NCBI GenBank assembly: GCA_034520965.1
Contig: JAXHMY010000001.1
Span: forward strand, 992,001-1,056,000
Direction of reading: 5' to 3'
DNA: 64,000 nucleotides
Source: Spirochaetia bacterium
Lineage (GTDB): Bacteria; Spirochaetota; Spirochaetia; DSM-16054; Sediminispirochaetaceae
Part shown: piece after piece, positions 1-10,305 of the stretch
How the letters are laid out: every line of letters begins with the position of its first letter
Position numbering within the stretch: the first letter of the stretch is position 1
The notes under the pieces: model-generated
The model's input: the letters and a program-made list of their open reading frames with translations, nothing else
What the model was told of the DNA's origin: nothing
Database searches by the model: none
Made by a program: the position numbers and the translations under genes

Positions 1-312
1 GCCGTCGCCCCATTCGATACGCAGGTGAGGCAGACTGCGAAACATTCCATAGGCCATCCAGGTCAAAATAAGAGCCCCGCCGAAGGACACAAGCACAAAA
101 AACATGTCCCGCTGCAGCAGCGGGGCAACCCCGGCGATCAGGGCCGCCACCAAGACCCCTTCCAGCAGCGCATGGCCGCTCATAATCAGCGGGCCTGCAA
201 CTGGGCCGCGCTTTACGCTTTCACTTATCGTGGCGGTTAGCAGGGGTCCCGGCATCATTGCGCCGGAGAGGGCTATTACAAAGGAGGTTACAAACAGTGA
301 TATAAAGGTCAT
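1..312 (-). CDS. LysE-family translocator (3' end runs off the window)
   Basis: Not in the ORF track. Manual translation from ATG 312 gives MTFISLFVTSFVIALSGAMMPGPLLTATISESVKRGPVAGPLIMSGHALLE..., with the LysE-type N-terminal PGP motif; AGGAGGAG RBS upstream. Confidence 0.85.
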   Translation of the reverse strand, partial: MTFISLFVTSFVIALSGAMMPGPLLTATISESVKRGPVAGPLIMSGHALLEGVLVAALIAGVAPLLQRDMFFVLVSFGGALILTWMAYGMFRSLPHLRIEWGDG

Positions 313-325
313 TCGCACTCCTCCT

Positions 326-646
326 CTACAATAAGAGTGCCAGTGCGCTTAGCACGGCTACCGAACTCAAAACCACTACTATCAGAGGCGCTCCTGTGAA
401 GGCAATCCCGATAGCAACTACACCGCCGGCCAGTCCGTACCACAGCTGGTCATGAATCCCCAGAATCCCCGGAAAAATCAGGGCACCCAGAGCTGCATAG
501 GGAAGATTACGAAGCATCCGTGCGAGGAATGGAGGAATTTTCTCCGCGTCCAGCACCACCAGAGGCAGCATTCTCGGAATATAAGTAACCAGGGTCATAC
601 CGAGTATCATTATCCACACCGTGCTGTTCATTGTTTCAAAATTCAT
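326..646 (-). CDS. azlD: AzlD-family branched-chain amino acid exporter, small subunit
   Basis: Hydrophobic 106 aa with ILGMxxVTYIPRMLP motif; overlaps the azlC stop. Confidence 0.88.
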   Translation of the reverse strand: MNFETMNSTVWIMILGMTLVTYIPRMLPLVVLDAEKIPPFLARMLRNLPYAALGALIFPGILGIHDQLWYGLAGGVVAIGIAFTGAPLIVVVLSSVAVLSALALLL

Positions 647-1389
647 TTTTCCTCCTCCTGCTCCGACTTTTCACATGTGTTCCCAAATGTTTGAAGGAGC
701 TCCATCAGCAGGACCGCTCCAATGGTCGCCCCGATAATTGCCCAGCCGACCGGCAAAAACAGAACCAGCAGGCTGTTCAACAGTCCGGCGGCCAGCGCCA
801 GGAACAGAGCCTTGCGGTACTTTTTCACTGAAGGGATCAGCAGGCCGATAAACATGGCATACAGGGCTATACTCATTCCCTGCTGAAAGGACGCCGGCAG
901 GGCAGACCCGGCCGCATAGCCTATTCCGGAATTGATAACCCAGCTGGAGTAGGCCATTAGGCTTAATCCGTAAAGGTAGTGTGAGCCCACCGCACCTTCC
1001 CGGGTCGAGGCAACCGCAAACACCTCGTCGGTGATTCCGAAGGCGTAGACCAGCTTCCGCAGTTTTGACTCCGGCACTGCCTTTTCATTAATCGACATAC
1101 TCATCAGCATGTGCCGAATATTCACAATAAAGGTAGAGAATATTATCTCTACCGTGCCCGTGCCCAGGGCCAGTAAGCCCAATGCCATAAACTGCGAGGC
1201 CCCGGCAAATACAAGCAAGCTCATACCAACCGTATGCAGCAGGCTGATGCCGGTATTCTTAGCCAGCAGACCAAAGGCTAGAGCAATGGGCATATACCCG
1301 ATTGCGATAGTAAGTCCGGCCTGGACTCCCTGCAGAAAACCGGGCAGCTGCGTCTGTCCGGAGAGTTTTTCCTGTGCTCTCAACTTCAT
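643..1389 (-). CDS. azlC: AzlC-family branched-chain amino acid exporter permease
   Basis: Motifs IAIGYMPIALAFG, SLLVFAGASQF, NIRHMLMS, ITDEVFA. Start placed at ATG 1389 (uncertain). Confidence 0.92.
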   Translation of the reverse strand: MKLRAQEKLSGQTQLPGFLQGVQAGLTIAIGYMPIALAFGLLAKNTGISLLHTVGMSLLVFAGASQFMALGLLALGTGTVEIIFSTFIVNIRHMLMSMSINEKAVPESKLRKLVYAFGITDEVFAVASTREGAVGSHYLYGLSLMAYSSWVINSGIGYAAGSALPASFQQGMSIALYAMFIGLLIPSVKKYRKALFLALAAGLLNSLLVLFLPVGWAIIGATIGAVLLMELLQTFGNTCEKSEQEEEK

Positions 1390-1449
1390 AGCTGCTCCTA
1401 ATATGGGCAATGATACCAGTACTTAAGAGGGCTGAATAGAGGATCTGAC

Positions 1450-2394
1450 TTATATAGTAAAAAGAGTGTCGATAAAGAGGGAGGCCGAGAGGAGGTCGGC
1501 GCTTCCCCCCGGGCTGATATTGCGGAACACACACTCGCTGTTCAACTGCTGTATGAAGGTACGTCCTGCAGAGGAATACGCACCGCCCAGTGAAAGGGCC
1601 CGGCGGGCGGACTCCTGCACATACAATAGGCCCGGCATGCCGCCGCGAGCGGCCACGTTGGTATCTTCCACTACCGTCATTAAATACAGCAGAGCCTGCA
1701 CTCCAGCCTGATCGAGGGACCCTGTGCCTCGCCGTACCGATTCAAGTACCGGGAGGCCGTACAGCAGCAGCGAAGGATAACCCTGCTCGGCTTCGCCCCG
1801 GATTCCCGTCATACCGCAGGATTTATAGAGGCGCTCGCCGGAGGTTTCTTTTATACCGGCTGTTTCGGCAGCCCCTGCGCCGGGCGGGCAGCTGCCGGCG
1901 GACAACTCCCGTTCAACAATTCCCTGCACCATCTCCGCTGCACACTGCAGCAGTTGATATGCAGAAAAGGTATCGGTACGCTCTTTCCCGCAAAGATAGC
2001 CCAGGGCGGTACTCAGGAGGCCGAAGGTAAAGATGGCTCCTTTATGAGTATTTACCCCACAGGTCGCCGCGTACATGGCAGCCTCCGCCCGCACGCCTAT
2101 GAGGCGGGCCTGTTCAAATGCCTCGCGGGGCGCAGCCACCTTCCTCCGGGATGCAGCAAAACCACACTCGAACATTCTGCCGAAATAGGGCGAGACCGCC
2201 TCGGCACTGCGGTAAAACGTACTCAAATCCATATCGCCGTGGGACCCGCTGCCGAATCTGTCCACCAAACCGGGTTTAGGAGCAATCCAAGCTTCTGTCT
2301 TTAACGCCTCGGCAGCTTTCTTGCTCAACGCTTCGGCTTCAACACAGGAGGGTGAAGGAGTGGTTAGGGTTTTAGGAAGTACCGGCATCTGCAC
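1450..2394 (-). CDS. citG: Triphosphoribosyl-dephospho-CoA synthase
   Basis: PKPGLVD, GSHxDM, GVNTHKGAIF, DTN, ISPGGSADLL motifs; last gene of the cit operon. Confidence 0.95.
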   Translation of the reverse strand: MQMPVLPKTLTTPSPSCVEAEALSKKAAEALKTEAWIAPKPGLVDRFGSGSHGDMDLSTFYRSAEAVSPYFGRMFECGFAASRRKVAAPREAFEQARLIGVRAEAAMYAATCGVNTHKGAIFTFGLLSTALGYLCGKERTDTFSAYQLLQCAAEMVQGIVERELSAGSCPPGAGAAETAGIKETSGERLYKSCGMTGIRGEAEQGYPSLLLYGLPVLESVRRGTGSLDQAGVQALLYLMTVVEDTNVAARGGMPGLLYVQESARRALSLGGAYSSAGRTFIQQLNSECVFRNISPGGSADLLSASLFIDTLFTI

Positions 2395-2959
2395 TGCTCC
2401 GGTTTTGTGAAAAATAGCGGTTTATAAGGGAAAAAAGGTAGCTCTGCAGATCTTCTGCAGTATGTCTTCCGAGGCGTGCGCACACCCGGGCCGGTTCATC
2501 ACAGAGAAAGCAACGCCGCTGGGGAAGCTGCAACTCAGCCCTCCCCACCGCAGAGCCGTCGCCCCGGTACACATCAAAGTCGAATATCCGGCCCAGGGGA
2601 TGCTGCTTTTCTATTTGGATACAAAGCCGCTTTAACCGGAGCGCTATAGTTTCTGAGTCATTTTTAATTTCTGAAATCGCGGCGGATCCGGGGCCAATCA
2701 GAAAAAGTGCCTCTCGTCCGCAGGCGTCATGGCGAATCTCTCTCCTTTTCACCTGAAGTCCTGCAGCGGAGCTGCGGCGGAGGAACTCCTGCTCCCCGGC
2801 TAAATGGGCTTTCTCATAGGGGGGTGCATTTTTCTCAGCTCCGGGAATGTTCATACTAAGCAGTACCGCCGGCAGCCCGTATTCCTGTTGCAGCTGCTCG
2901 CGGCGCCTCACCCGAGCTTCCCGGCAGGCGAGGATGGCCCCCATACGCCCCTTATCCAC
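2372..2959 (-). CDS. citX: Apo-citrate lyase phosphoribosyl-dephospho-CoA transferase
   Basis: REAR, MNIPGxxK, IEKQHPLGRIFDFDV, RRCFLC...C.R.GRH motifs. Confidence 0.93.
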   Translation of the reverse strand: MDKGRMGAILACREARVRRREQLQQEYGLPAVLLSMNIPGAEKNAPPYEKAHLAGEQEFLRRSSAAGLQVKRREIRHDACGREALFLIGPGSAAISEIKNDSETIALRLKRLCIQIEKQHPLGRIFDFDVYRGDGSAVGRAELQLPQRRCFLCDEPARVCARLGRHTAEDLQSYLFSLINRYFSQNRSSADAGTS

Positions 2960-2970
2960 GTGCTTGCACC

Positions 2971-4510
2971 CTAGTCTTTTACCTGATAGACCACATCGAT
3001 GATAGTCCCGTCCCGGTATTCCACGACGCCCACAATTTTATCTTCAAACTGTACCGGTTCCGGGACCCCGGTTACCTTCTCGGCCTTCTGCTTCAGCTGC
3101 TCTATGCTGTAGAGGGGAAGGTGCTTGGTTTTAAGCCGGTCGTAGATGTCCCGGCGCTTGGGATTCACCGCCACGCCGTGGTCGGTTACCAGCACATCTA
3201 CTGTCTCGCCGGGTGTAATGATGGTATCGACGCTTTCCACAACTGTGGCGGTGCGGCCGCGGATCAGAGGTGCAACGACAATCGAGATGCCCGATCCGAT
3301 AGCCGTATCCGAATGTCCTCCAGAAGCCCCCCGGATTACCCCGTCCGAGCCGGTTAACACATTCACATTAAAGTTGGTGTCAATTTCCATAGCACTTAAA
3401 ACCACCACGTTGATTTTGTTGGTGGCACAACCCTTGTTATGGGGGTTAGCGTAGTAGGAGGCGTCGATCTCGGTGTGGTAGCGGTTCTCTGCGATCGACC
3501 GAATCGCTTCCTGGTCGAAACTCTGCACGTCCAGAATGCGCTTTATCAATCCCTCTTCGTGGAGTGTGACTATATTCCCCGTGACCCCGCCCAGGGCAAA
3601 GCTGGCGGTAAAGTTTTTCCGCAGCATCACATCCCGCAGGAACTGGGTAACCGCCAGGGAGATACTGCCCGAACCGGTTTGGATGGAAAAGCCATCTTCC
3701 ATGTAGCCGGAGTGTTCGATTACATGCGAGGCGTACTGGGCAATTAGAATGTCCCGGGGATTGCGGGTCATCCGCAGCGCCCCGGCACTGATTCCCTGGG
3801 GGTCGCCAATTTGATCCACCGGCACTATTAAATCTACATGATCCTGGTGAATACTAAAGGGTGTATTGGGGTACTCGACCAGATTGTCGGTAATCAGCAC
3901 CACCTTGGCAGCATGCACCGCATCCACCTTCGCATATCCCAACGAACCGCAGGCCGAGGGGCCGGTGTAGCCGTTGGCGTTTCCGTATACATCGCAGGAG
4001 GGAACCGCCAGAAAGGCCACATCAATCTGCAGCTCTCCGGCCTCGATCATCCGTGCCCGTCCGCCGTGGGAGTGGAACAGGACCGGTGTGTCCAGCACCC
4101 CGTGGGAGACCGCCTCGGCCAGCTCTCCGCGAATGCCGCTGCATATCAGCCGCCGTACCACCCCTTTTTCAATGTGCTTAATGAGGGGGGTATGGGCCCC
4201 GGTGAGGGAGCTTGAGGCGATGGTCAGGTCCTTTAATCCCAGGTTTGCTATTACATCCATTACCATATTCAGTACCATATCACCGTTGCGCAGGTGATGG
4301 TGGAAGGAGATGGTCATACCGTCCTGCAGCCCGCTTTTCAGCACCGCCTGTTCAATGCTGTCGACAATCTTGTTTAAGCGGGGAAGGTCTTCGGGAACCC
4401 TTTTGCTTACGTACCAGAGGAGTGTTTTTAAATGCCCCTTCAAAGGGCCGGACCTCCGGCACACCTTTGATACGGGCAGGAATTTCCCTGCCGGCGGCGT
4501 TGTTAGCCAT
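2971..4510 (-). CDS. citF: Citrate lyase alpha subunit / citrate CoA-transferase (frameshift near 4375-4410)
   Basis: SGLQDGMTISFHHHLRNGD, SHGGRAR, GASGGHSDTA. The typical N-terminus MANNAAGREIP...RPFEGAF starts at ATG 4510 in a different frame from the body. Confidence 0.93.
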
Positions 4511-5408
4511 TAATCTCCTCCTCTTCAATCTCATCCAGATAAATTCCTGAAGCCTGCGCTAGGTCGAGGGTATGCCGGGCGCGATCCACCACCGGCTTAT
4601 CTATCATTTTGCCGTTCACCGCTACCACTCCGCTGCCTTCCTGCTCCGCCCGTTCAATTGCACGGATAATGCGCCGGGCAGTTTTAATTTCGACCACCGA
4701 GGGCATATAAATGCTGTGTACAATTCCCACCTGCCTGGGGTTGATTACCGATTTTCCGTCAAAGCCCATATTCTTAATTAGCTCGACCTCTTCCCTAAAA
4801 CCCTCATCATCGGAGACATCGGCAAACACCGTATCTACCGCGTGAAGCCCCGCCGCACGGGCGGCTAACAGAATCTCCTGCCGGGCAGTAAACAGTTCGG
4901 TTCCCGGTTTGCTGCGGCTGGTGTGCATATTGGTGACAAAATCTTCAGCCCCAAAGGCAATACCTACCAGCCGTTCACTGGAGGTGGCAATGCGGTAGGC
5001 ATTTACCACACCCCGGGCGCTTTCAATGGCCGCAAACAGTTTAATTGAGCCGATCTCCACTCCCGCCTGCCCCTCAACCTCGGTCAGCCGCTGGTCAATC
5101 TTCTGAATATCTTCGGGCTTCTCGGTTTTGGGCAGGCGGATTATATCCGGCCGTGCCCGTACCATCGCCTCGACATCATCCCGGCCAAAGGGCGTGTCCA
5201 GCCCGTTGATCCGCACCACCGTTTCGGTAGTTTCATAGTCGATACAGCGCAGGGCATGGAATATAAGCAGACGGGCGGAATCCTTCTCCCTTACCGACAC
5301 CGAGTCCTCTAAATCGAACATCACCGAATCGGAGCGGTAGATATGTGCATCCTTTACCATATTCGGATTATTCCCCGGAACGTACAACATCGTTCTACGC
5401 AGTTTCAT
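4503..5408 (-). CDS. citE: Citrate lyase beta subunit (citryl-ACP lyase)
   Basis: LRRTMLYVPGN, FDLEDSV, GAEDF, MGFDGKSVINPRQ, GKMIDKP. Confidence 0.96.
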   Translation of the reverse strand: MKLRRTMLYVPGNNPNMVKDAHIYRSDSVMFDLEDSVSVREKDSARLLIFHALRCIDYETTETVVRINGLDTPFGRDDVEAMVRARPDIIRLPKTEKPEDIQKIDQRLTEVEGQAGVEIGSIKLFAAIESARGVVNAYRIATSSERLVGIAFGAEDFVTNMHTSRSKPGTELFTARQEILLAARAAGLHAVDTVFADVSDDEGFREEVELIKNMGFDGKSVINPRQVGIVHSIYMPSVVEIKTARRIIRAIERAEQEGSGVVAVNGKMIDKPVVDRARHTLDLAQASGIYLDEIEEEEING

Positions 5409-5702
5409 CTACAGCGCCTCCCAGTGGTAGGTCTGCACCCCGGCGCCCCGATACAGGGCCGTTTCGAGGCGTGCCCGGATTACACAATCCAGGGCACTGC
5501 GGTCGTCCACATCCACTAGGGCGGAGCTCACCTGCATCTCATCCAGTATATCCCTCACTAATTGCTCGATATGTTTGCCGAAGCGCTTTTCCACAATACT
5601 TTTTAGCTTTATCTCGATTTTGTTCTCCGGATGAGTTTTTACACTTATGAGTACATCGCTCGATTCCAGGGTACCGGCCTTGCCGGTGCGGATTAACTCC
5701 AT
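5409..5702 (-). CDS. citD: Citrate lyase acyl carrier protein (gamma subunit)
   Basis: AGTLESSD prosthetic-group serine motif; DxxALDCVIRARLETA. Confidence 0.96.
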   Translation of the reverse strand: MELIRTGKAGTLESSDVLISVKTHPENKIEIKLKSIVEKRFGKHIEQLVRDILDEMQVSSALVDVDDRSALDCVIRARLETALYRGAGVQTYHWEAL

Positions 5703-5715
5703 GCTGCTTCTCCTC

Positions 5716-6783
5716 TTAATGACGCCGATTCTCCCGGCGTATGCGCTCCACGACAGGGCCGGCCTCCGGACTATTCAGGTACTTCCAAGTAGGCCGTGGA
5801 ACCAACGATTCTACCTCTTTCAACCGGTTCTCACGTATAAGCTCGCGCACCTTCGAGGCACTTACCGCAGCCCCGGCATACTCAAGCCGGGGAATCTCCT
5901 CCACCTCGATTCCATAGCGCGGCAGTATCAACCGCATCTGACGGTTATAGGCGGCGGTTACCGGGCAGTAGGGCTCTTCCCCCACCATCCGTCGGTCAAT
6001 ATTCAGGGCGGGGGCTATTCTCTCGCCAAAAATCTGCAGATCCAGACGAGCATGGGCACTGGTAACCGCCTCGCTGTCACGTAAAAAATAGGAGGGAAAG
6101 GTTGCCCCGGAGATCATATACGGCCCGCCGTGATGAACCAGCACATTTTCAAACTCCCGGGTGCCCTGCCATACCAGTTGAAACCGCACCTCCTCTGGAA
6201 ACAGGGAACGCTCGGCGGAAACCACAAACAGATGCACCTTCTGCCCCGTTTCCGCTGCCCGCCGGGAGGCCTGCTCCACCAGATACCGGTGGCCCAGGGT
6301 AAAGGGGTTACAGTTCATCACCAGTGCGGTAGAAGTCCCTGCGGATGCCCGCGAAGCCAGCGTCTTTAACCAGCTCTCCACCTGGCCGTCGGGTTTCTCC
6401 AGCAGAACCACGTCCGTCTGCTCACCGGCGGAGGTCTCCGCTACGACTCCGAAACCGAGGCTCTGGAAGACAGCGCGGTTTTTGGCTTTGGTAAATACAA
6501 AGAGGTGTTCAATTCCCTTATGGTAGGCTTCAAGCTCCAGCTCGCCGACAATTGTATTGGTGACGGCTTCGCCCTGATAGTCTTGATCCACCGCAATGCA
6601 CTTGAGTACTCCCCCGGCCAGAGAACCGGTACCCACTATAACTCCATTGCTTTTCACCACTAGGGTATGCTCGACATCCGTATCGTAGGAAAGCTGCTGA
6701 GAGGCTAAAAACTCAGCTACCGGCTTACGTTCAGAAGCGAGGTCCGGCTGGATAGAACTGATCTCAAGGTCGTAGGTACTCAT
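5716..6783 (-). CDS. citC: [Citrate (pro-3S)-lyase] ligase
   Basis: N-terminal GNAT-like region, VMNCNPFTLGHRYLVE, ISxATFPSYF, RMVGEEPYC, VSASKVR. Confidence 0.96.
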   Translation of the reverse strand: MSTYDLEISSIQPDLASERKPVAEFLASQQLSYDTDVEHTLVVKSNGVIVGTGSLAGGVLKCIAVDQDYQGEAVTNTIVGELELEAYHKGIEHLFVFTKAKNRAVFQSLGFGVVAETSAGEQTDVVLLEKPDGQVESWLKTLASRASAGTSTALVMNCNPFTLGHRYLVEQASRRAAETGQKVHLFVVSAERSLFPEEVRFQLVWQGTREFENVLVHHGGPYMISGATFPSYFLRDSEAVTSAHARLDLQIFGERIAPALNIDRRMVGEEPYCPVTAAYNRQMRLILPRYGIEVEEIPRLEYAGAAVSASKVRELIRENRLKEVESLVPRPTWKYLNSPEAGPVVERIRRENRRH

Positions 6784-6804
6784 AACTTTTTTCTATACTA
6801 TCAC

Positions 6805-6945
6805 CAGCAATTCTAAATTTGGAAGTCTTCCGACTTCCAAATTTAGAATTTGCTTCATTTTCTTAGCAAAAATTGGTAGATCAATACAGTTGGAGGCATT
6901 CTCAGCTTGGATAGTGCATTGCACTATCCAAACTGAGAATTGCTG
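6805..6945. mobile_element. MITE/REPIN-like double-hairpin element, copy 1 (141 bp)
   Basis: Ends CAGCAATTCT...AGAATTGCTG; exact 9-bp direct repeat TACTATCAC at 6796-6804 and 6946-6954; two internal palindromes (GGAAGTC/GACTTCC core and GGATAGTG/CACTATCC core). Confidence 0.9.
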
Positions 6946-6970
6946 TACTATCACAGTCTGCGATTTTGAA

Positions 6971-7020
6971 CAAAAAAAATCCGCGTCCCCAATGCCTATT
7001 AGGCAAGGGTGGGCGGATTC
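6971..7020 (-). terminator. Probable intrinsic terminator of proS
   Basis: Minus strand AATCCGC...TGCCT-AAT-AGGCA...GCGGATT stem followed by a T run, about 35 bp after the proS stop. Confidence 0.7.
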
Positions 7021-7053
7021 TGTGGTTCACACGACCGAAGGGGAAGCCGGCGG

Positions 7054-8482
7054 TTAATACGCTTTTGAGAAGATGGCCCGGTACTGGGCCGGTTCACCGC
7101 AGCGCACACATTTTTTTCCGCTTACCCCATCCTGGTCAAAGGGCAGCACCCGGATGGTGGCCTTGGTATCGTTTTTTACAGCCGCTTCACACTCCACCGA
7201 GCCGCACCAGTGGGTATCGACAAAGCCGTTGCCCTCTTTGTACAGCGCCTTGAACTCATCGTAGTTCTGCAGCTGATGGGTGTTCTCTGCGCGCAGCTCA
7301 AGGGCACGCTGATACAAATCCTTCTGAATCTGTTCCAGCAGCTCTCCCACCCGCTCAGAAGCAGCTTCAATGGCAACCGACTCTTTTTCTCCGGTGTCCC
7401 GACGCACCAGCATGGCTTTGCCGTTTTCCATATCCCGGGGGCCTATCTCTATCCGTACCGGGACACCCCGCATTTCCCACTCGGCAAACTTCCAGCCCGG
7501 GGAATTGGCCTCGTCGTCATCCAAGACTACCTTGTAGCGCCCCTTCATCTGCTGATACAGCTTGTCGGCGTACTCCAGTACCTCGGTTTTGTTTTTGTTT
7601 TTGAAAATCGGTATGAGCACCGCCTCGGTGGGTGCCAGTCGCGGCGGCACCACCAGCCCGCGGTCATCGGAATGGGTCATAATCAGGGCCCCGACCAGCC
7701 GGGTGGAAACGCCCCACGAGCTAGCCCAGACATGGTCGAGCTTTCCCTCTTTGGTCTGAAAGGTTACATCGAAGGCTTTGGCAAAATTCTGGCCCAGGAA
7801 GTGGGAGGTACCCGCCTGCAGGGCACGGCGGTCCTGCATCATCGCTTCGATGGAATAGGTATTTACGGCGCCGGCAAATTTCTCGGTCTCCGTTTTACGG
7901 CCGGTTAACACCGGTACGGCCATATACTCTTCTACAAAACTGCGGTACACCTCCAGCATTTTGAGGGTTTCCTCCTCCGCCTCTTCCTTTGTCTCATGAG
8001 CGGTATGTCCCTCCTGCCAAAGGAACTCACTGGTGCGCAGAAACAGGCGGGTGCGCTTTTCCCAGCGCAGTACATTGGCCCACTGGTTTATCAGCAGGGG
8101 CAGATCGCGGTACGACTGTATCCACTTCTTGTACATGCTCCAGATGATGGTCTCGGAGGTGGGACGGATAACCAGAGGCTCTTCAAGCTCGTCTCCGCCG
8201 GCATGGGTTACCACCGCCAGCTCCGGAGAGAAGCCCTCGACGTGTTCGGCCTCTTTATGGATAAAACTTTCGGGTATCAACAGGGGAAAATAAGCGTTGC
8301 TGTGACCGGTTTCCTTAAACATAGTATCGAGTTGGCTCTGAATGGCTTCCCACAGGGCGTAACCGCGGGGCCGGATCACCATACAGCCCTTTACTGGGGA
8401 GTAGTCGGCCAGTTTTGCCTGGACTACAATATCAACATACCATTTGGAATAGTCTTCGCTGCGGGGTAATTTTTTCCGCCAT
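7054..8482 (-). CDS. proS: Prolyl-tRNA synthetase, archaeal/eukaryote-like type (frameshift at codon 7-8)
   Basis: [41 protein letters not shown]-terminal ..KAY. The frame extends upstream as [27 protein letters not shown], but the start MAEKITP at 8482 is out of frame. Confidence 0.96.
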
Positions 8483-8535
8483 ACATACCTCTAGTATTGA
8501 ATCTTATTATTTCTTGGAGAACAAATTGCCTGGGT

Positions 8536-8564
8536 ATTGTACTAAGGAGCGGCGGGATGGTCAA
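8536..8564 (-). promoter_or_regulatory. sigma70 promoter of proS
   Basis: TTGACC-17 nt-TACAAT on the minus strand. Confidence 0.7.
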
Positions 8565-8588
8565 TGCAGGCGGCGGACTACTTTACCA

Positions 8589-8711
8589 CAGGAATTTGAA
8601 TTTTGGAAGTCTTTTGACTTCCAAAATTAGAATAACCTCAAACCCTTTAAGATAAATTACTTATTCTAAAGAAGATGTGAGCATTCTAAATTTGAAAATT
8701 TAGAATCGCCT
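8589..8711. mobile_element. Degenerate copy of the double-hairpin MITE
   Basis: CAGGAATT..TTTTGGAAGTC-TTTT-GACTTCCAAAA hairpin, related spacer, collapsed second hairpin ATTCTAAATTT-G-AAAATTTAGAATCGC; flanks ACTTTACCA / ACTTCACAA match 7 of 9. Confidence 0.75.
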
Positions 8712-9405
8712 ACTTCACAAGAGTGGTGGTTTCAACCATGTAACGGATATTTTTACCCTGTTCCGACCAGAGTTCTTTCTCCATCACCACTACCAATCCG
8801 CTTTCAGCCGGAGAGAAAAAGACTTCCTGCATGCGATAGGAGATTACACCGTCACGGCGGTAATCCGGAAGGCCGAGGGTATAGGTACGGGTAGAACCGC
8901 CCTTGCTGGTTACTGCAAGGTTTATATGAAAAGAGGCGCTTACATCGCGGTCCGAGCCGAAATTCTGCTGTACCAGGGTAAGTACGTATGAGTTTCCCCT
9001 ATAAAAGTCTCGGAATTCGATTCTCTTTTTAGGCTTGTCACCGTCAACATGTACATATACCAGGCGGCCGGTTTTCAGATGATCAACTGAATACTCTGAA
9101 ACCTGCGGTTCAACCTGGTGCAGCAGATTAAAGAGGGCCCCAAAACCGTCCTGCCCCGGTTGTACCTCGTCGGTAAAAACCTTTTTTGTCACTCCGTCGG
9201 GAACAAAGGCGTTCTTATGAACATTCACCGTATAAATTTCTGCATAGGGGCGTTCTTCACCATCTATAACCCCGTATTGGCCGAACATAAACACCGAGGA
9301 GTCTTCAGAAAACCCCAGATTCACAAAGGTCGCCACATCGCCGGCGGCCAGGGGTACTAAAACTGATAAAATCAAAGCTCCAATCAGAATCACTCGTTTT
9401 TGCAT
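8710..9405 (-). CDS. Predicted secreted protein, DUF2259-like (spirochaete type)
   Basis: Signal peptide followed by GDVATFVNLGFSxD..FMFGQYG; C-terminal IRYMVET. Confidence 0.75.
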   Translation of the reverse strand: MQKRVILIGALILSVLVPLAAGDVATFVNLGFSEDSSVFMFGQYGVIDGEERPYAEIYTVNVHKNAFVPDGVTKKVFTDEVQPGQDGFGALFNLLHQVEPQVSEYSVDHLKTGRLVYVHVDGDKPKKRIEFRDFYRGNSYVLTLVQQNFGSDRDVSASFHINLAVTSKGGSTRTYTLGLPDYRRDGVISYRMQEVFFSPAESGLVVVMEKELWSEQGKNIRYMVETTTLVK

Positions 9406-9498
9406 TTGTCCGTCCTCCTCTTTGTATATCGTACAAAAAGCCCGACGACTGTAGATGTTTATATTGATTTTTACGCACAGGATTCGTACAGTGGGGTC

Positions 9499-10305
9499 AT
9501 GACCCGTAAGGTACGAAAACGTTTTTTAATTGGGGCTACCGCCTCAGCACAGTTAGTAGTTATTGTGCATATAGCAGTTATACTTATTCTGTTTCTATTT
9601 TCCCGAGGTCTCGAGACTCTGGACAAGCAGCAGCTTACTGTTCATGAGGGAAATACAGAACTGTTAATAGCTATTCTGGCACTACAGGCAGCCGCCGCGG
9701 CGGGAGCCCAGTTGGGCTTGTACCTTTTTTTCCGTAAAACTCCCTCGCCGGAGGTGTTCTTTTTTCAATTTGCCCTATTGGGCTTCGCCTTCTCTAGCCT
9801 CAGGGTACTGGCCATCCCTATGTCGTACTACCTCACTTCTCTTTTCTCATTTATGCCGCTCACCAAGTTTGTGTTTTTCGGCCGTCTTTTCGCAGTGATG
9901 TGCCTTTTCCTTTCGGGATTATTCTCTACCGGGCTCACCTTCCAGAAACAGGGCTCGTATTTGGCAGGGGCTTTTCTTATTTCGGCGGTAATTTCAATCA
10001 GCCTGCCTGTAGACTGCACAAGCTTCTCCCTGCCCCTAATCTGTAATATTGGTAACGCCATTGATTTTTCACTTGTTATTTATGTGCTGGCTGTTTTCTC
10101 TGTACTTAATTATATATATGCCGCAGGCTTGCACTCTAGCCGTGAATACAGCTTTAACGCCGTCGCAGTTCTGACTGTGATTACCGGAATGCAGTTGGTG
10201 TACTATTTTGCCCATTCCATGATTGGTGTGGTGGGTTTAGTGCTGGTTATTTTCGGAACCTTTATTTTTGCCCACCGTACTCACACCATTTACTTGTGGT
10301 TCTAA
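9499..10305 (+). CDS. Hypothetical polytopic membrane protein
   Basis: Multiple hydrophobic segments. Start moved to ATG 9499, which lies 6 nt after TTGATT-17-TACAGT. Confidence 0.75.
   Translation: MTRKVRKRFLIGATASAQLVVIVHIAVILILFLFSRGLETLDKQQLTVHEGNTELLIAILALQAAAAAGAQLGLYLFFRKTPSPEVFFFQFALLGFAFSSLRVLAIPMSYYLTSLFSFMPLTKFVFFGRLFAVMCLFLSGLFSTGLTFQKQGSYLAGAFLISAVISISLPVDCTSFSLPLICNIGNAIDFSLVIYVLAVFSVLNYIYAAGLHSSREYSFNAVAVLTVITGMQLVYYFAHSMIGVVGLVLVIFGTFIFAHRTHTIYLWF

Noticed and set aside
6805..6945. Hairpin repeats as a CRISPR array or as simple terminators
   Set aside because: The copies are dispersed, not arrayed with unique spacers, and no cas genes are present. TIRs plus 9-bp duplications indicate a mobile element.
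8461..8482. Programmed ribosomal frameshift regulating proS at a Pro codon
   Set aside because: Attractive because the break follows ACC CCG, but five other similar indels in the window make assembly error the simpler explanation.
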